DNA from: Tubiluchus corallicola
Taxonomy: Eukaryota; Animalia; Priapulida
Length of the DNA: 51,734 nt
Direction: 5' to 3'
NCBI GenBank assembly: GCA_030141605.1
Contig: JAQGDQ010001255.1
Location: 1 to 51,734, forward strand
The stretch's first letter is position 1. Each line of letters begins with the position of its first letter. The notes under the pieces were generated by a model, which made no database searches, was not told the origin of the DNA, and worked only from the letters and a program-made list of their open reading frames with translations. This document shows, one piece after another, positions 1 to 14,700 of this stretch. The position numbers were made by a program, and so were the translations under genes.

Positions 1-2059
1 CCAGAACAATGTTAGCATCTTTGAATGGAGTATGAAAAAATACATCCTTTAAAAAGAATAGTAACACTTGTTAATATAAGAATGGGGAGAGTTTATTAAT
101 AAATCTAAAACCTGGAAAAATTATATTCATTATAACAATAAAAAAAAGTCTGAGCTTCTTGCAAGGAATCGAACCAAGAGCTTACTAACTGATGATCAAA
201 CATCTGAACAAGCTGCCATCTTAACAATATGTCACAACATCATTCGTAGTTTTATGCAGAAATGTCATTGGCAGCAACTGCAGTGAATAAATAATATGTT
301 ATTTTATTATTTAAGTAAACTAATTACTGTAATTAGCAAACTGTCGCATGTCTATCTTCCGATATGGTCTAACTGTTTTTATAAAAAAATATTAAAAAAT
401 GTTTACTAAACAATTTTAAAGTCGAAACGCACAATGACAATAAGACAATGACATACACATGGCGCAGCGCCATGGCAGCACAGGTTCTGAGAAGTAGCAT
501 GCCGGACGTTCGCATCTGGTCCGATCCACGACCTCCCGAACTGCCTTTCCTTTTCTGTACAGTTTGACACTACAAATCAAGATTCAGCGCTCAAAATAGG
601 TGGTCCTACTTAATGAAAACAGTTGTGGCAGATCCGGAATATGCTCAATTCTTTAAGATGAGATGGTAAATGGGGAGGTGTGTTAGTCATGCTCGGATGT
701 ATGATTGTACAGATCCAACCTTATTCAAACAGATAAATGATGGGAGGCAGTAATTTCCAGAAGGAAATCACCTATCCATCCATTCATCAGATCAGATGCT
801 GCTTCAAAACTTTGATGGCTTAGGAAACACCCTAGCCCATTACAACCTTCCCTTTCCTCTCAACTTTTGGTTGTATTTTTTTATGAACTCTTCGTTCACC
901 CGCTACACTGCAACCTTTGTTCAAGTATTCAAGTTATACATAATAGATTGTGAAACCATGTCTACAAAAACCAGCCAGGAGTTTTTATAGCAGTATCATG
1001 GATTGTAGTTCAGAACTGGTGCAAGCAACTGCACAAAGGTGAAATAGGGTTATAAATGAGATGCTTATAGCCTTGGCTAAATGCAGGTTACTCTAATGGA
1101 CCTCCATCTTGCAGCTTTAACATGGCTAAGAGAGCTTTGCCAATTTTGTGTGTTCCATGACATCCCGGGGAATTATTTCTAATAATGAACTAGCTTTCAG
1201 TGTTACCACCACGCCATCTGCATTGGGTAGACTCTGCCGAAGAATAACAAATATCAGCTTACATTGCTTTAGGTGTATAAAAAAGTAGTTCGTCTAAAAG
1301 ACTCAATATGTCATTGCCGGTGTAAGTTCTAGCAAATCTGCTTGTACAGTTTCTGTTCTTTCTTTCTTCATCATTTTGTGATTCTTGCTGTGAATGGCTC
1401 AGTACCTTGGGCACTTGTAAAATGCTGGTTTAATTCAGTTTTGGTTTATTTTATCTCATCAGGAAGATGTCACCAAGATCAAGTACCACGTCAGAGTGCA
1501 TTTCTATGATATCACTTACAGACAGTTTTTTGGGAGGTCGTGGATCGGACCAGATGCGAACGTCCGGCATGCTACTTCTCAGAACCCGAAGCTGCCATAC
1601 AGCCATGTATGTCATTGTCTTATTGTCATTGTGCGTTTCGACTTTAAAATTGTTTAGTAAACATTTTTTAATATTTTATAAAAACAGTTAGACCATATCG
1701 GAAGATAGACATGCGACAGTTTGCTAATTACAGTAATTAGTTTACTTAAATAATAAAATAACATATTATTTATTCACTGCAGTTGCTGCCAATGACATTT
1801 CTGCATAAAACTACGAATGATGTTGTGACATATTGTTAAGATGGCAGCTTGTTCAGATGTTTGATCATCAGTTAGTAAGCTCTTGGTTCGATTCCTTGCA
1901 AGAAGCTCAGACTTTTTTTTATTGTTATAATGAATATAATTTTTCCAGGTTTTAGATTTATTAATAAACTCTCCCCATTCTTATATTAACAAGTGTTACT
2001 ATTCTTTTTAAAGGATGTATTTTTTCATACTCCATTCAAAGATGCTAACATTGTTCTGG
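1..2059. repeat. Long inverted repeat (arms 1-537 and 1532-2059, spacer ~1 kb); possible foldback or long-TIR transposon
   Basis: 1-537 is the reverse complement of 1532-2059; outer ~455 bp look identical by eye, inner ~80 bp differ; left arm runs off the window. Confidence 0.9.
1836..1909 (+). other. tRNA-like (SINE head) fragment inside the inverted-repeat arm, mirrored at ~151-224
   Basis: B-box GGTTCGATTCC with a degenerate upstream A-box; no intact cloverleaf. Confidence 0.4.
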
Positions 2060-2517
2060 TGGTTGAGCTGGTGGGAACATTACCTCAAAGTGACGGTTGT
2101 ACTAAGCTATTGTCGTGTGGGTGGGGACTGTTTAGATTGTTTGGTTACCGTGGCGACATGGTTGACGTTGCAAGTAACAAAGCTTCACGCTCGCAAAGGT
2201 AAAGGAATTAAAGCTGTTGATATTCCATGTCCACGAGCTGCTAAGCATTAGCAATATCCTTGTATCCTTTATTTTAATAAGGTATAAATTTATGATTTTC
2301 TTAGACAATTATACTTCAAAACTTTTTGTTAATGACTGCATTCATTTACACAAAAGCAGTTCTTTCTCGGTTACATTATTTCATGCTGCTAGCACAGTTT
2401 TGTTTAAACTGTTTTCGTCATGACATTACATTGAGACATATTACATAACATTTTATAGAACAATGACATCTCATTTTAATTTTTATACCTTGAATTTTTT
2501 ATCATTTCACTTTTTAG

Positions 2518-2729
2518 TCTGGATATGTACACTGGTTCACCCAGAGCTTTGTTACGAATGGAAGATCCCATAGAGGGTAATCCGGATTTATCGGTCATTC
2601 CCGGTTGTCGGTTTGTCTTCAGCATACGAACGCATCAAGCCATGCTTCGGGTGGCTCACCTTGTTCCTGAAAATGTGCTGTTGAGTTCCACGGAGGCGGT
2701 GCCTGGAATTGTGCCGAATTCAGCCGGTG
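2518..2729 (+). CDS. NPHP4: NPHP4 exon ([12 protein letters not shown]...[10 protein letters not shown])
   Basis: ttttag acceptor; resembles NPHP4 YHGTPRALL...LPENLLVS. Exon could end at 2726 or 2729 (both phase 1). Confidence 0.85.
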
Positions 2730-5700
2730 GTATATTGATTCTCTTTTCTTAAGTGTTTGTAGTGTACTGACTGTGGTGTTAATCTTTGCTAATGTTTTTA
2801 ATACAGTTCAGTACTCTGCAAACTGAAATCTAGCTCCAAGTGACAGGGCTTGCTCAATGTAGATTATTGTGGCATGACTGGGACCTAACCTTTTATGAAG
2901 TGCTAGAGAGTAAAATGAGACACTGAACCAGCAGAGGTGTCTCCATCTTGTTTGGTTACCTTTGCTATTTACATTATCTCTCAGTAAGGTAAATACCCAA
3001 GTGCAGCGTGACGTGCAAAATAGCATCGATCTTGGAAGTCACTCTTCTATCTCCTGACTAAGCTCAGTGTTGCTTAACTTCTGTCACTGAGCACATGCAA
3101 TTAGCACGCACCTAATTACCTTGCTCGTTTTGTTGCTGCTAGTTGAATAAATTATGCATTGAGCAGTTGTTAAGGAATGGTCTTTTGTTTCAGTTTTGTG
3201 CAGCTGCTTATAATTACTTACATTCGCTGAGTAGCTATAAGGGTAAATGCTGATAAAGTATGCTGTACTGCTGGCCTACATTAATGCATTAATGACATGT
3301 TTCATTGTCTGAATTAATGCAACATAATTGATTGACTTGTAGCCAAAATTTTTCATAAAAATTTGTATGGCGTAAGTAACTTTTTAAAGAAATATGATGG
3401 TGTCAATTCGTTAACAGCCTCAGTGCTGTACTGTATGAATTTTCAACTTTTTGCAAGACTGTATTTACATTTTAGACTATATGTCGAAACCGAAACTCTC
3501 AAAAAAGATTTCCTGCTCCATAGAAAAACTCACCATAACTCTCTATCCAAGCATTGATAAGTTTGAGGATGCTCTGCGTCGGCATTTAAGCGAAGATAAA
3601 CTTAATCTAGAAAATGCTGCCGGCGACGACAGTCTGCTTAATATTGTTGAGCGCCGAGTGCGAGTAAGTATGTGTTAATAAACTAGAAGTGTTGTATGTA
3701 TAAAAAGGGTGAATTGCTTAAGATTATTGAGGGCAGGCATAAATTTTGTGGCTACAATAGATGAGGTAAAAGCCAACGGGGCTGTAATTAGAATACTTGA
3801 TTATTAGATTAGACTAGATTAGATTCGATTATTATTTTATTTTGACAGCTATGTCATAAAGTACATAAATTTGTAATTACAAATTTCTGCTATTCTTTGT
3901 AATAACTTGGAATTTGTTTGTCAAAGAAAGCTACAGTACTGTTAATCCTAATCTTAATTCATTCTTGCTCGATTAACGAAGATTGTGTGGATCACTTAGC
4001 GTCTCATACAGGGGCGGATACAGGCTTTTGAAAATGGGGGTCCCAACAAAAAAGCAGTTAGGGGGTCTAGGAGCTGCTAATGTATATTACTGCATTTGTG
4101 ACCATGTTTGTGACTGGTAGAAGTTATTTCCTCAAGTCATTCAGATGTTTAAGACTCACGTCACCTCAAACTTTTAACTCATAATTACACACCAAGGTAT
4201 TGGTATTGGTATACAGTGTACATGATGTGCATAACTTTTGTGTGTTTTGAAAAAAACCCTTGTGATATATCATTCTTACAGGTGTTAAATTTTAATAAAG
4301 GCACAATTGAATTTAGCAAATCATTTTAATGCTTATGGGCTCACCCCCTAAATCTGCCAATGTCATGAATGATAAAGTCATTGAAAATTCACTTGAGGTA
4401 ACAGTTGTTTTCTGTTTTCATCATCTTCTACACAAACACATGCGTATCAGACAGAATGCTTTAAAATTAAGCTGTTTAGCGTTTGAGGTGTGGTCAAATT
4501 TGGCTATGATAATGCCTGCAGTAGGAGTTGGTTGAAAGAATTTTGGGAATTGAATACCTTACATTCAAGGTGATAAGCGTAAGGAACACTATTTGTGATA
4601 AGAACATATTTTCATTTTCACAGAACCTTAAATGTTGATATTTAAACCCGGAATTTGCAGTCTTAGCTCTCTGGGAATTCATACCATCAAGTGCTCAGAC
4701 TTTAACGTGTTGACAACATTTTTCGCTGCCCATATTGGGTTCCGTTTTCTCAGAGAGCTGTCGATGTATTGTGAAAGGAGTGTAGCGCCACTAAGTAATT
4801 TAGTAGTCTGACTGTAGCGCCACTTAGTATTCTAGTAGTCTGCCTTGCTTACGGAATAACATCAAATCACAGCAGGCATTGTGAGACTCGAACTCACGGC
4901 CTTTGGGCTACAGTTCAAGCACCTAACCGAATGAGTTGCTGAACAAGGGCAAGTTCGTACTTAAAGTAATGAAGTAACAGTGCATCTGGTTATTGTGGTC
5001 AGTAGGCTATAATGGATGCCTGCAGAATACCACAGCTGTAGAAAAGTAAATCTTTTCTCCCTTTTAATATATGACATGTTTTGCAATTCAGATTGGTGTA
5101 CATAATGGCTGGTGCTACATCGAAGAACCCCAGATCGTTCACTTGCAACAGGAAGTGGAAGGTGGCGCCATCAGACGGGATAATTCCATGCTTCGTCGCT
5201 CGAGCATGTTCCGATCGCCAAGCTTGAATAAATCCGTCCGGTTGAGTCCAAAAAACTCTTCCGTGTAAGTCGTTTCAGTTTTTAGTTGCTTTCTCGGGAA
5301 ACCCACCTTTTTTAACTGCGTTGATGTGCACATTACGTTGGTCCACTTGCTGTAGGCCAATGTATTGTATCATTTAACTTCTGTTCTTTCTTAAGTGGGA
5401 GAGTCGGCGTAAGAATGGTGAAAAGTGAAGATGCACGGCTGATCAATGGAAGAAAGTGAACGGATTTAACTTAAGAACTTAACAATTTGGCAAGAATAAC
5501 AAACTTTATTGTTCAATTTATTCTTCTAGACATTTCAGGTGTCCCAACAGGCATCTTCGGCTAACTTCAACTGAAAAGAATCCTTGAAGCATCTTAGATT
5601 GTCTGTGTTAACACACTTAATAAGAATTTATTCTTGTCGATTTAGACTAGAAATTGTATTTAAATTTACAGTGTTCCCTCGCTACTTCGCGGTTCGTTTA

Positions 5701-8700
5701 TCGCAGACTTGCTATTTCGTGGGTTTTCAAAAATATTAATGTAAAATATTTATCGCGGTATGTTCACTGTTTTGCGGGTTTTTGCAGTACTCCGTCTAAA
5801 GTATTTTTGCACATGCGTAGTACGTATTGTACAGTAATGTATAGATTTGATGAATTTTGTATAAAAAAATCACAAAATGTATAAAAATATATTAAAAATA
5901 TTAATTCTAACATTAAAAGAATATTATAGATCATAAAAATTACCATTTGCAGTAAATAGTGTATTTATTCGGCGGATGAATACACAGCAAAAATGAAATG
6001 TAGTACTTGCGTCCCTACTTCGCGGAAATTCACTTATCGGGGGTGGGCCTGGAATGGAACACCCACGATAAGTGAGGGAACACTGTAGTTTTAATTCTAG
6101 ATTTATCCTACTCAGTGATGTGTTCAGTTTCAAAGGATATTAATTTAATACATTGACAGTAGATATTCTAAATTGCAATGAAATTTTTGATAGGAAATTA
6201 TGTTTGTTTTTAGATCTACTCAAGAGTGTAAGAATCTAGTCATGAGAAACAAATTTCATTTAGAAGGGCTAGTAAATGATCCACTGTTTGCCGTTGTTTT
6301 CACCTTGGAGTACATCATCTCACATCCGTTACCTGCAGAAAATCAACAGGTAACACGCACTGATTAGTGATTTTTTGCAGTTTATCCAAGAAAAATCACC
6401 TGGCATCCTAGTTGAATGCCAAGCTCTTTTTGTATAATACACTGCATTAGTTCCAAAACTACACAACAAGATAGGAATTTGCCGAATTAATAGGGATGGT
6501 GTGATTCCTAGATCAGCTGATGATTTTTCTGTTTCGCAAGCATGATTTAGCAGTATTGACCAAGCAAGGCACTGAGTGCTGCTTATAAGTGTTCCGACAA
6601 TAACATACAGTGTACTGTGAATACAGTGACCAATAATTCATAGCTATACACACAGTTTAATAATCTAATTTTACCATAATCCCACAAGGGTCATGTTTGT
6701 CTATTTCCTATAACTATTAAAAAGTTGATCTGATATTCGTTAATAGATTTACTACCATAGGAGCTATTGTTAAGAAAATCCGATTATTAATACCAGTGCA
6801 CCGTTTGATAAGGCCACATTTTCAGCAATAAGTGACAAGAGCAACAGCAAAATTATTTTTGGTATTTTGTGTATTTTTTAAGATATGCATTTGAAATTTA
6901 AGCTGTTTACTGGATTAACATGTTTTTAGTCAAAGTGACACTGAAAGTTAAAGTTGATGGTTTCCTCATAACTGTTCTGCATGTACGCCTGCTGAACAAA
7001 ATTTTAGTCTGTTGAATGAATGTGAATCATTGTTGTATGCTTCAGTCATTCTGTATGCATGCGAATGAGGTAACTGTATGCTTAATCGTCATAACGTTAA
7101 TTAGGATGAAGCGTTTGTGTACTGTACTTTGTTAAATACACAAGCTTACAACAGGCACTGCTGCATAATAAAATGGCCACTCATTGCTGATGATTTTATT
7201 AAGCAGCAACTACTGTGACTTGATAAAATGAAGGATATTGTTTCGGTCATTTAAGTAGACAGAAGCTATACTTTAGATTTTTCTGGCAAAATGGCTGATC
7301 TGGGTGAATTCAAATGTATTTTAGTAGATCACGTGCTGTGCATTATTTAACAATCTATAATAAACAGAACTTTGTTTACTGTTCAGCACCATATTTTAAT
7401 GATTAGTTTAGTTTGAATGTTTGAAGGTCCCTTATTAACAATATTTGACTGCTCTATGCACAATTTTAGTACTGTCACATTTAAATGGCTCACACGTATG
7501 TTACACTTAAATGGCTCACTTGTATGATCAATTTGTCATGTTAATTTATCGAAGCTGCTAAATTGATGCTTTTTTTGTCTAACATCTGCAGCTTGGTCAC
7601 AGCGTTCTTCATACGGAAACGTTTACTGTACCGTTGCGCTGGGTAGCCTGGTGCCCCTTTGCTGGACCTCCCGAGCACGCTGTCTCTTTGGAACTCTGTG
7701 GTGGTCCATTGCCCCATCCTGATGCAATACTAGTGTACAGAGAAATGGATGTTATTGGTAACGAGTCATCTAAATCATCTCCTGGGTTATTACAGCTAGT
7801 CTGTGGTTTGCATCCTGCAGAGGTATGAAATATTACTAGCTTCTTGCAAATTAGCGTAACATGTAATGATGTGTGCAATAATGTAAATCTGAATTGAAAA
7901 CTGTTTTCAAATCTTTACAGATTTAAAGATTTTACTTTTAAAGTAAAATACTACTTTTTGATTTTTTTAATGGGTAGCAGCTTCTGTAAATATTTAATTA
8001 TCAACAGAAATATATGTATGCTAGCATAGCAAAATCGTCCATGTCGACAATTAAGCTTTTCTAGTTATTCACGTATCCTGTGAATCTCCATTTCATGAGG
8101 ATCATTTTGATACCAAGCTCATCGCTCTATGTTACCTCTAAGCTGAGATAATCTAGGTTGAAGTTGAGGTGCAGGCTACGCGCTTGAGATAACTTAATCT
8201 TGAGAAAACGCTGTTAAAGTCAGCCATTGTTTTTTGTCGCATTTCTACAAAACACCTAGCAACTGTACGAGAGTGTGGTTGCCATGGATTTTACACGAGC
8301 AAATTGAAGTTACGTTTAAATCCAGTAGATGGCTTTTCCACGAGCTACAATTGGAGTTAGAAAATACAACTTTTTTTACAATTGCAGTACTAGTTTATAG
8401 GCAGAAAAATGGGTAAGGAGTTATAAAATGAGATTTTTAGTATTTTTTGGACATTTTCCTGATAATTTAATACTAGAATATAAAAGTCCAATATATTTAG
8501 CATTTGCTTTCATAAAAAAATAAGAAGTCGGCATAAGACGAAAATTTTGGTGCTTTCTACTTTGAATCATCATAACGTAGTTTTAACTATGCCGACTTCT
8601 GGACGCTTTTGATTTGCATATACACATATGTGATGATATCTGTATTTTTATTAACTTTGCTTAGTGGCAAAGATAATTTTAAACTGAACCTGTAAAGAGT

Positions 8701-11700
8701 AAAGAGCACATTTTTGTTTTTATGTTTGCAGGAAAGCTCCACTCCTGATCGTTTTTCTACTGCGGTAGACAAGGCCTTGCCTTCACAGTTACTAGGCTTG
8801 CCTTTAGATGTGTAAGTATTTCTCAGTTGTGAACGAAAATATCCAGGAAACTTCTCTTTTTTGACGAATTCTGTCACTTCGTCAGTCACGTTTTGAACCA
8901 AAATATCGAGGAAACATCTCTTATTTGACGAATCATGATGACTTTCTGAGCGTTGCACAGTTTGTTGTGAAACGTATAATAAAGTAGCTTATTTGCTTAT
9001 TTTGATAAATGTGCCAGAGGCATTACATGATTTTGTATTTGGATCTCCCATATAATACATAATGAATGAATGAATGAATTACCTGTTACGCGGTGTTAAT
9101 AAAAGCCCTCTTAACTATATACACTTTTGCTTGTTAACATTTGAAACGAAAGATTTGGTGTATGTCTGGACATCTTTGCCATCAGTTTGAGTATTCAATT
9201 AATAAAAATGATGTGGAACTTACAAGTTAATTCCCATTCATTTCACAATACTCAACAATTATAGTAAAAAAGTTGTATGGCTAAAACTAATATAGATACA
9301 TAATTTTATAACTTTATTATTATTTGTTTATTTTTGATATTGCAGTAGTTTATCATCAGTAGGAAATCACAGTACTGTCCCAGATCTTCAGCTGTCACAA
9401 ACTCAACAGTCCCTCCGTCTGCTGCAAACACCCAAGATGGCCGCCCAACTCCGACCGATGCAACCGTATACATCTACTCCGTATGTTCATCCCATGGATA
9501 GATCTGCTGTACCGATGGAGATACATCATTTTCAAGGGGTAGAGTGTGATGAAAGCTTTTAATTGGTTTAGGATGTTGTTTATTTTTCACAGATTTTTTA
9601 CTTCCAAAGCATTCTAATTTTTTGGAACTTTGAAATTTTGCCTAATAAGTAGAGTTCTGCCTTTGAACCTTGAAATCTTGCCTTATAAGCAGGATTCTGC
9701 TTTTGAACCTTGAAATCTTGCCTTATAAGCAGGATTCTGCTTTTGAACCTTGAAATCTTGCCTTATAAGCAGGATTCTGCTTTTGAACTTTGAAATTTTG
9801 CCTAATAAGCAGAGTTCTGCCTTTGAACCTTGAAATCTTTCCTTATAAGCAGGATTCTGCTTTTGAACCTTGAAATTTTGCCTAATAAGCAGAGTTCTGC
9901 TTTTGAACTTTGAAATTTTACCTTATAAGCAGAGTTCTGCTTTTGAACTTTGAAATCTTACCTTATAAGCAGGATTCTGCTTTTGAATCTTGAAATCTTA
10001 CCTTATAAGCAGAGTTCTGCTTTTGAACTTTGAAATTTTACCTTATAAGCAGAGTTCTGCTTTTGAACTTTGAAATTTTACCTTATAAGCAGAGTTCTGC
10101 TTTTGAACTTTGAAATCTTACCTTATAAGCAGGATTCTGCTTTTGAACCTTGAAATCTTACCTTATAAGCAGGATTCTGCTTTTGAACTTTGAAATTTTA
10201 CCTTATAAGCAGGATTCTGCTTTTGAACCTTGAAATCTTACCTTATAAGCAGGATTCTGCTTTTGAACTTTGAAATTTTGCCTTATAAGCAGAGTTCTGC
10301 TTTTGAACTTTGAAATCTTACCTTATAAGCAGGATTCTGCTTTTGAACTTTGAAATTTTGCCTAATAACCAGAGTTCTGCTTTTGAACTTTGAAATTTTA
10401 CCTTATAAGCAGGATTCTGCTTTTGAACCTTGAAATCTTACCTTATAAGCAGGATTCTGCTTTTGAACTTTGAAATTTTGCCTAATAAGCAGAGTTCTGC
10501 TTTTGAACCTTGAAATCTTGCCTAATAAGCAGAGTTCTGCTTTTGAATCTTGAAATCTTGCCTTATAAATAGGGTTCTGACTTCTTGAACCTTGAAATCT
10601 CACTTAAAGCAGGGTTTTGACTTTTGGAATTTTGAAATCTCGCTTAAAGCGTGGTTCAAATGCACAAAATGTTTTTTAGATCAGTAACTGAAGGAAAAAA
10701 TGTAAAAACAAGAGATTTTGTTGCAACATTAGACTTTTAGAATCTAGAACAAAAATCATTCAAAAAGAGAAGGAGGACCATTAGTCACATCCTACCACAT
10801 TTTGAACTATGATCTATTTTATCAGCTTTAATGCCAAAATGTTTCTGATAATTAATTATTGTCTTAGAGTCTTAGTGACCAGCATTCCACAGCTGGCGAT
10901 GACAGCGCAAGAAGGAGTAACTTTCTAATAAGAGAAACATTCCATGAGCGTGTTACATGTTTTTGGGACCACAAGATTTGAAATGTATAATATTGACTAT
11001 GATATATCATACATGTGATGTGTAATGTAATGTTATGTGATCTGATGCGATGTAATGAAATGCTGTGTGGTTTGATGTGATTTAATGTTATGTTATGTGC
11101 TTGGATGTGATGTGATGACATCCTGAAATGCCGTGTGGTGTGACGTAACATAATACAATGAGATATGATGTGAATCGTTTAATGTGATCAATACAGTAAT
11201 GCATGTTATTCCATTTTGTAGCCTGTATCAGCTGAGCAGGACAGAGCAAGCGGAGAGATAAAGGAGCTTCCATTCACGCCGGTCCACGCACCTATAATGG
11301 TCACAGGGCCTCAGTCTAACAGGTTTGGCAGTTTATGACAAATTGGTGTTGCAAAAATTTCAGAAAATATCCTAAACTTTTAGGAACTAGTGAGTTTTTA
11401 TGCCGTTTTTTTGAATATCTGTGTTAAAGAACAGATTTCCCATTGTAATGTGCACTGATTTCTCTTTAGTTCATGATCTTGAAATTAAGGTTAATAAGTT
11501 ACCCACTAATTAATTCAGACTCCAAATTAATTATGAAATTAATGTAATTAATAAATATTATGTTAAAGCACAAGAAAACCCTTCATCAATATAAATATAA
11601 AAAATTTGTCTTGAAATTTTAGACCACTTACGTACTACCTTTTCGTATGCATGGCTTGCATTGGCCGTAACACTGTACAAAACGTCTAAATTTAAACTCC

Positions 11701-14700
11701 CGGGATGACAGTTAGGCGCAGCCATTTTAATAGTAGGTCGTTTGAAACAAGTTTTGAGTAAAGTTTAAAAAAATAATCAGAGCATTCGTAGCATACATGT
11801 TGCTAAATAAGTAAAATTTTGAATTACTGTATCTTGTCAATATGATTAAAAATACGTTTTTTGGTCAGTGAGTGGCGCACCCTGGAGGGTGAGTCAGCAA
11901 CATTTTACCAAATGGCACAAACATTTTAAATTATTATTTCTAGTTAAATAAGTCTTTTCAGTAGGTGCGCGATAAGCCAAGTAATATAGATTTGCACGGA
12001 AAGTGTTTTGGGTCATAATTTAACATTGCCTTTTCTGCCCCTGATTTACATTTGCGTAGTGACGTCATGTAATGGCGCCGTTGGAACAGTATTGGCGGGA
12101 GATTTAAAATGAAAACAAACAAAAATTCCTTTTAACGCGAATACGATATACGCATAAAATTGCTATAAAGTAGTATTATTTTTTAAGGCGATTTTTCTGA
12201 AACCTACTTCAGGTGCCCCTTTTCTTGTCCTTTAAGATGCTAGCATACATAAATTAATACTTAAAATATAGGATGGACTAAATTAAGTATTCTCCTAATC
12301 ACAAAAGACTATCTTATCTTGTAATTAAGATGTTTGGTTTGTCATGCAAAAGCCTTTGGCGGAAATCCAGCTTTCTCACTTCCTTTTTTTGATCAAATTT
12401 GATTAGTTTAATTTTCCTTTTTTCATTCAAATTTGATTAGTTTATCAATCAAATTTGATTAGTTTAGTTTTTCTTTTTTCGATAAAATTTTATTAGTTTA
12501 ATTTTCGCTTTTCAATCAAATTTGATTAGTTTAATTTTTTCTTTTTTCTATCAGATTTGATTAGTTTAAATAAATTATCTATTAATTGCTCATTTTTTAC
12601 CATTTGTGGATTGTCTTGAGGTAAAGACTATGCATGATTAATACTTTTTTCACATGGATTTTTCAGAGGTCACGGTCTCTCCCGAGCAGCGTACGCTCGA
12701 CTGTTTTCCGCCGGATTTCCTCCCGTGTTGGACGTTAATGGAGAATCCCCTGAAGTAATTGATCCAGCAAGTTATGCACCGTTTGATCAGCAGAAAGAAA
12801 TCAGTGATTTACTGCAGTGCAATGAAATTATAATACAATTCCTGGCTTACTCGAGGTTACTAAACACTACTGGCATTCTGTTTTACTATAATATGCATTT
12901 TGCCCTCTATGAAATTAAAATCGATAAAAATGTGTTTTTATATAAATATCCCTGCTAGAATTCGGCAGCAGCCAACTTGGTGTGATATTTGTGGCATGAC
13001 TGGAAACTAACTCATTATCAAGAACGAGCCACTGAACCAGCAGAGATGCCAGTTTGAACCACATTTGAAAGTATACACCTTTCCTCAACAAGAATAATTT
13101 CAACAGCCAAGATGAGTATAGTGAATGAACCAAAGTGCCTTCACCATAAGATTTTTGCTATTAGAGTCACTAAGGCTTTGTGAAAGCTATGTGAATCAGT
13201 AAACCATTTTGATCAAGGACGCCACCAATTCAAAACAAACTACATTAGACTGAAGCTTATACAGACAAGCTCTATATTAGCAGTTCTCCTACCAAATGAC
13301 AGAAATAAGTGAATTGGATGGCTAATTTTTGTTAGAGCAAAATTACACATTTTTCATTGTTGTCAGCAGTTTTAAAGTCGCGCCTAGCTTCTTGTTTAAA
13401 TATTGTTTCCAGTACTATTTGTAACTGATGATCAACTGCAACCCTGAGGTGATTTCGTAACCTTGTGACTTAACAAAGTCCCCTTTATAGCTACCATGCA
13501 GCAAACTTCAACACTTTCATATAGTATGTTTAAGGAGCCAAAACCTTTTTGCTGTTGTTTTTTCAATTATACAAAAAAAGTTGTACATATATAAGTTGTA
13601 TTATTGTAGTTTGCTTATTTGCTGGTGAAATAAACTGCTTTTGAAAAAAAACTGTGTTCGTTGTAAAAGCAACAAACAATGCAAAATTTTTTTTTCTTTT
13701 ATTGATATTGGATGGAGATTTTATTGTTTTTTTTTCTATTGCAGGATGATATCTCTGGCTGGAAGAGGTGACAGGCAGCACAGCACAGTTTTCTTCACCT
13801 TCCAGTTTTACAGATTCCCTCAAGTCACAACGGAAAGGTTTGTCAATTTATTGTGATTTTCCAATGACGTTTGCTGCTTTTTTATTTTTCAAATTTACTG
13901 TCAGTAGTAGTTGTTAGTTTTTAGTTGCCAAGTAGGTTTTCTTTTCCATGGTACTCAAGCTAGTTAAGTAGGTTTTATTTTCCATGGTACTCAAAGCTAG
14001 TTGCTAAATAGGTTTTCTTTTCCATGGTACTCAAAGCTAGTTAAGTAGGTTTTTCCATGGTACTCAAAGCTAGTTGCCAAGTAGGTTTTCTTTTCCATGG
14101 TACTCGAAGTTAGTTGCTAAGTTGGTTTTCTTTTCCATGGTACTCAAAGCTAGTTAAGTAGGTTTCCTTTTCCATGGTACTCATAGCTAGTTGCTAAGTA
14201 GGTTTTCTTTTCCATGGTACTCAAAGCTAGTTGCTAAGTAGGTTTTCTTTTCCATGGTACTCAAAGCTAGTTGCTAAGTAGGTTTTCTTTTCCATGGTAC
14301 TCAAAGCTAGTTGCTAAGTTGGTTTTCTTTTCCATGGTACTCAAAGCTAGTTAAGTCGGTTTTTTCTATGGTACTCAAAGCTAGTTAAGTAGGTTTTTTC
14401 CATGGTGCTCAAAGCTAGTTAACTAAGTTTTTTCCATGGTACTCAAAGCTAGTTAAGTAGGTTTTCTTTTCCATGATACTCAAGGCCATTTAAGTAGGTT
14501 TTCTTTTCCATGGTACTCAAAGCTAGTTGCTAAGTAGGTTTTCTTTTCCACGGTACTCATAGCTAGTTGCTAAGTAGGTTTTCTTTTCCATGGTACTCAA
14601 AGCTAGTTGCTAAGTAGGTTGTCTTTTCCATGGTACTCAAAACTAGTTAAGTAGGTTTATTTTTCCATGGTACTCATAGCTAGTTGCTAAGTAGGTTTTC

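Noticed and set aside
538-1531. Transposase remnant in the inverted-repeat spacer
   Set aside because: Stops in all frames read and no motif I could recognise; needs a translated search.
2144-2157. RFX X-box-like motif GTTACCGTGGCGAC, plus near-matches in the 40-bp satellite and the LTR
   Set aside because: Attractive for a ciliary gene, but the matches are imperfect, intronic or within repeats, and away from the promoter, which is outside the window.
10868-10951. Possible extra NPHP4 exon ([16 protein letters not shown]...)
   Set aside because: Weak splice signals; the flanking exons already join in phase with a length close to the vertebrate protein.
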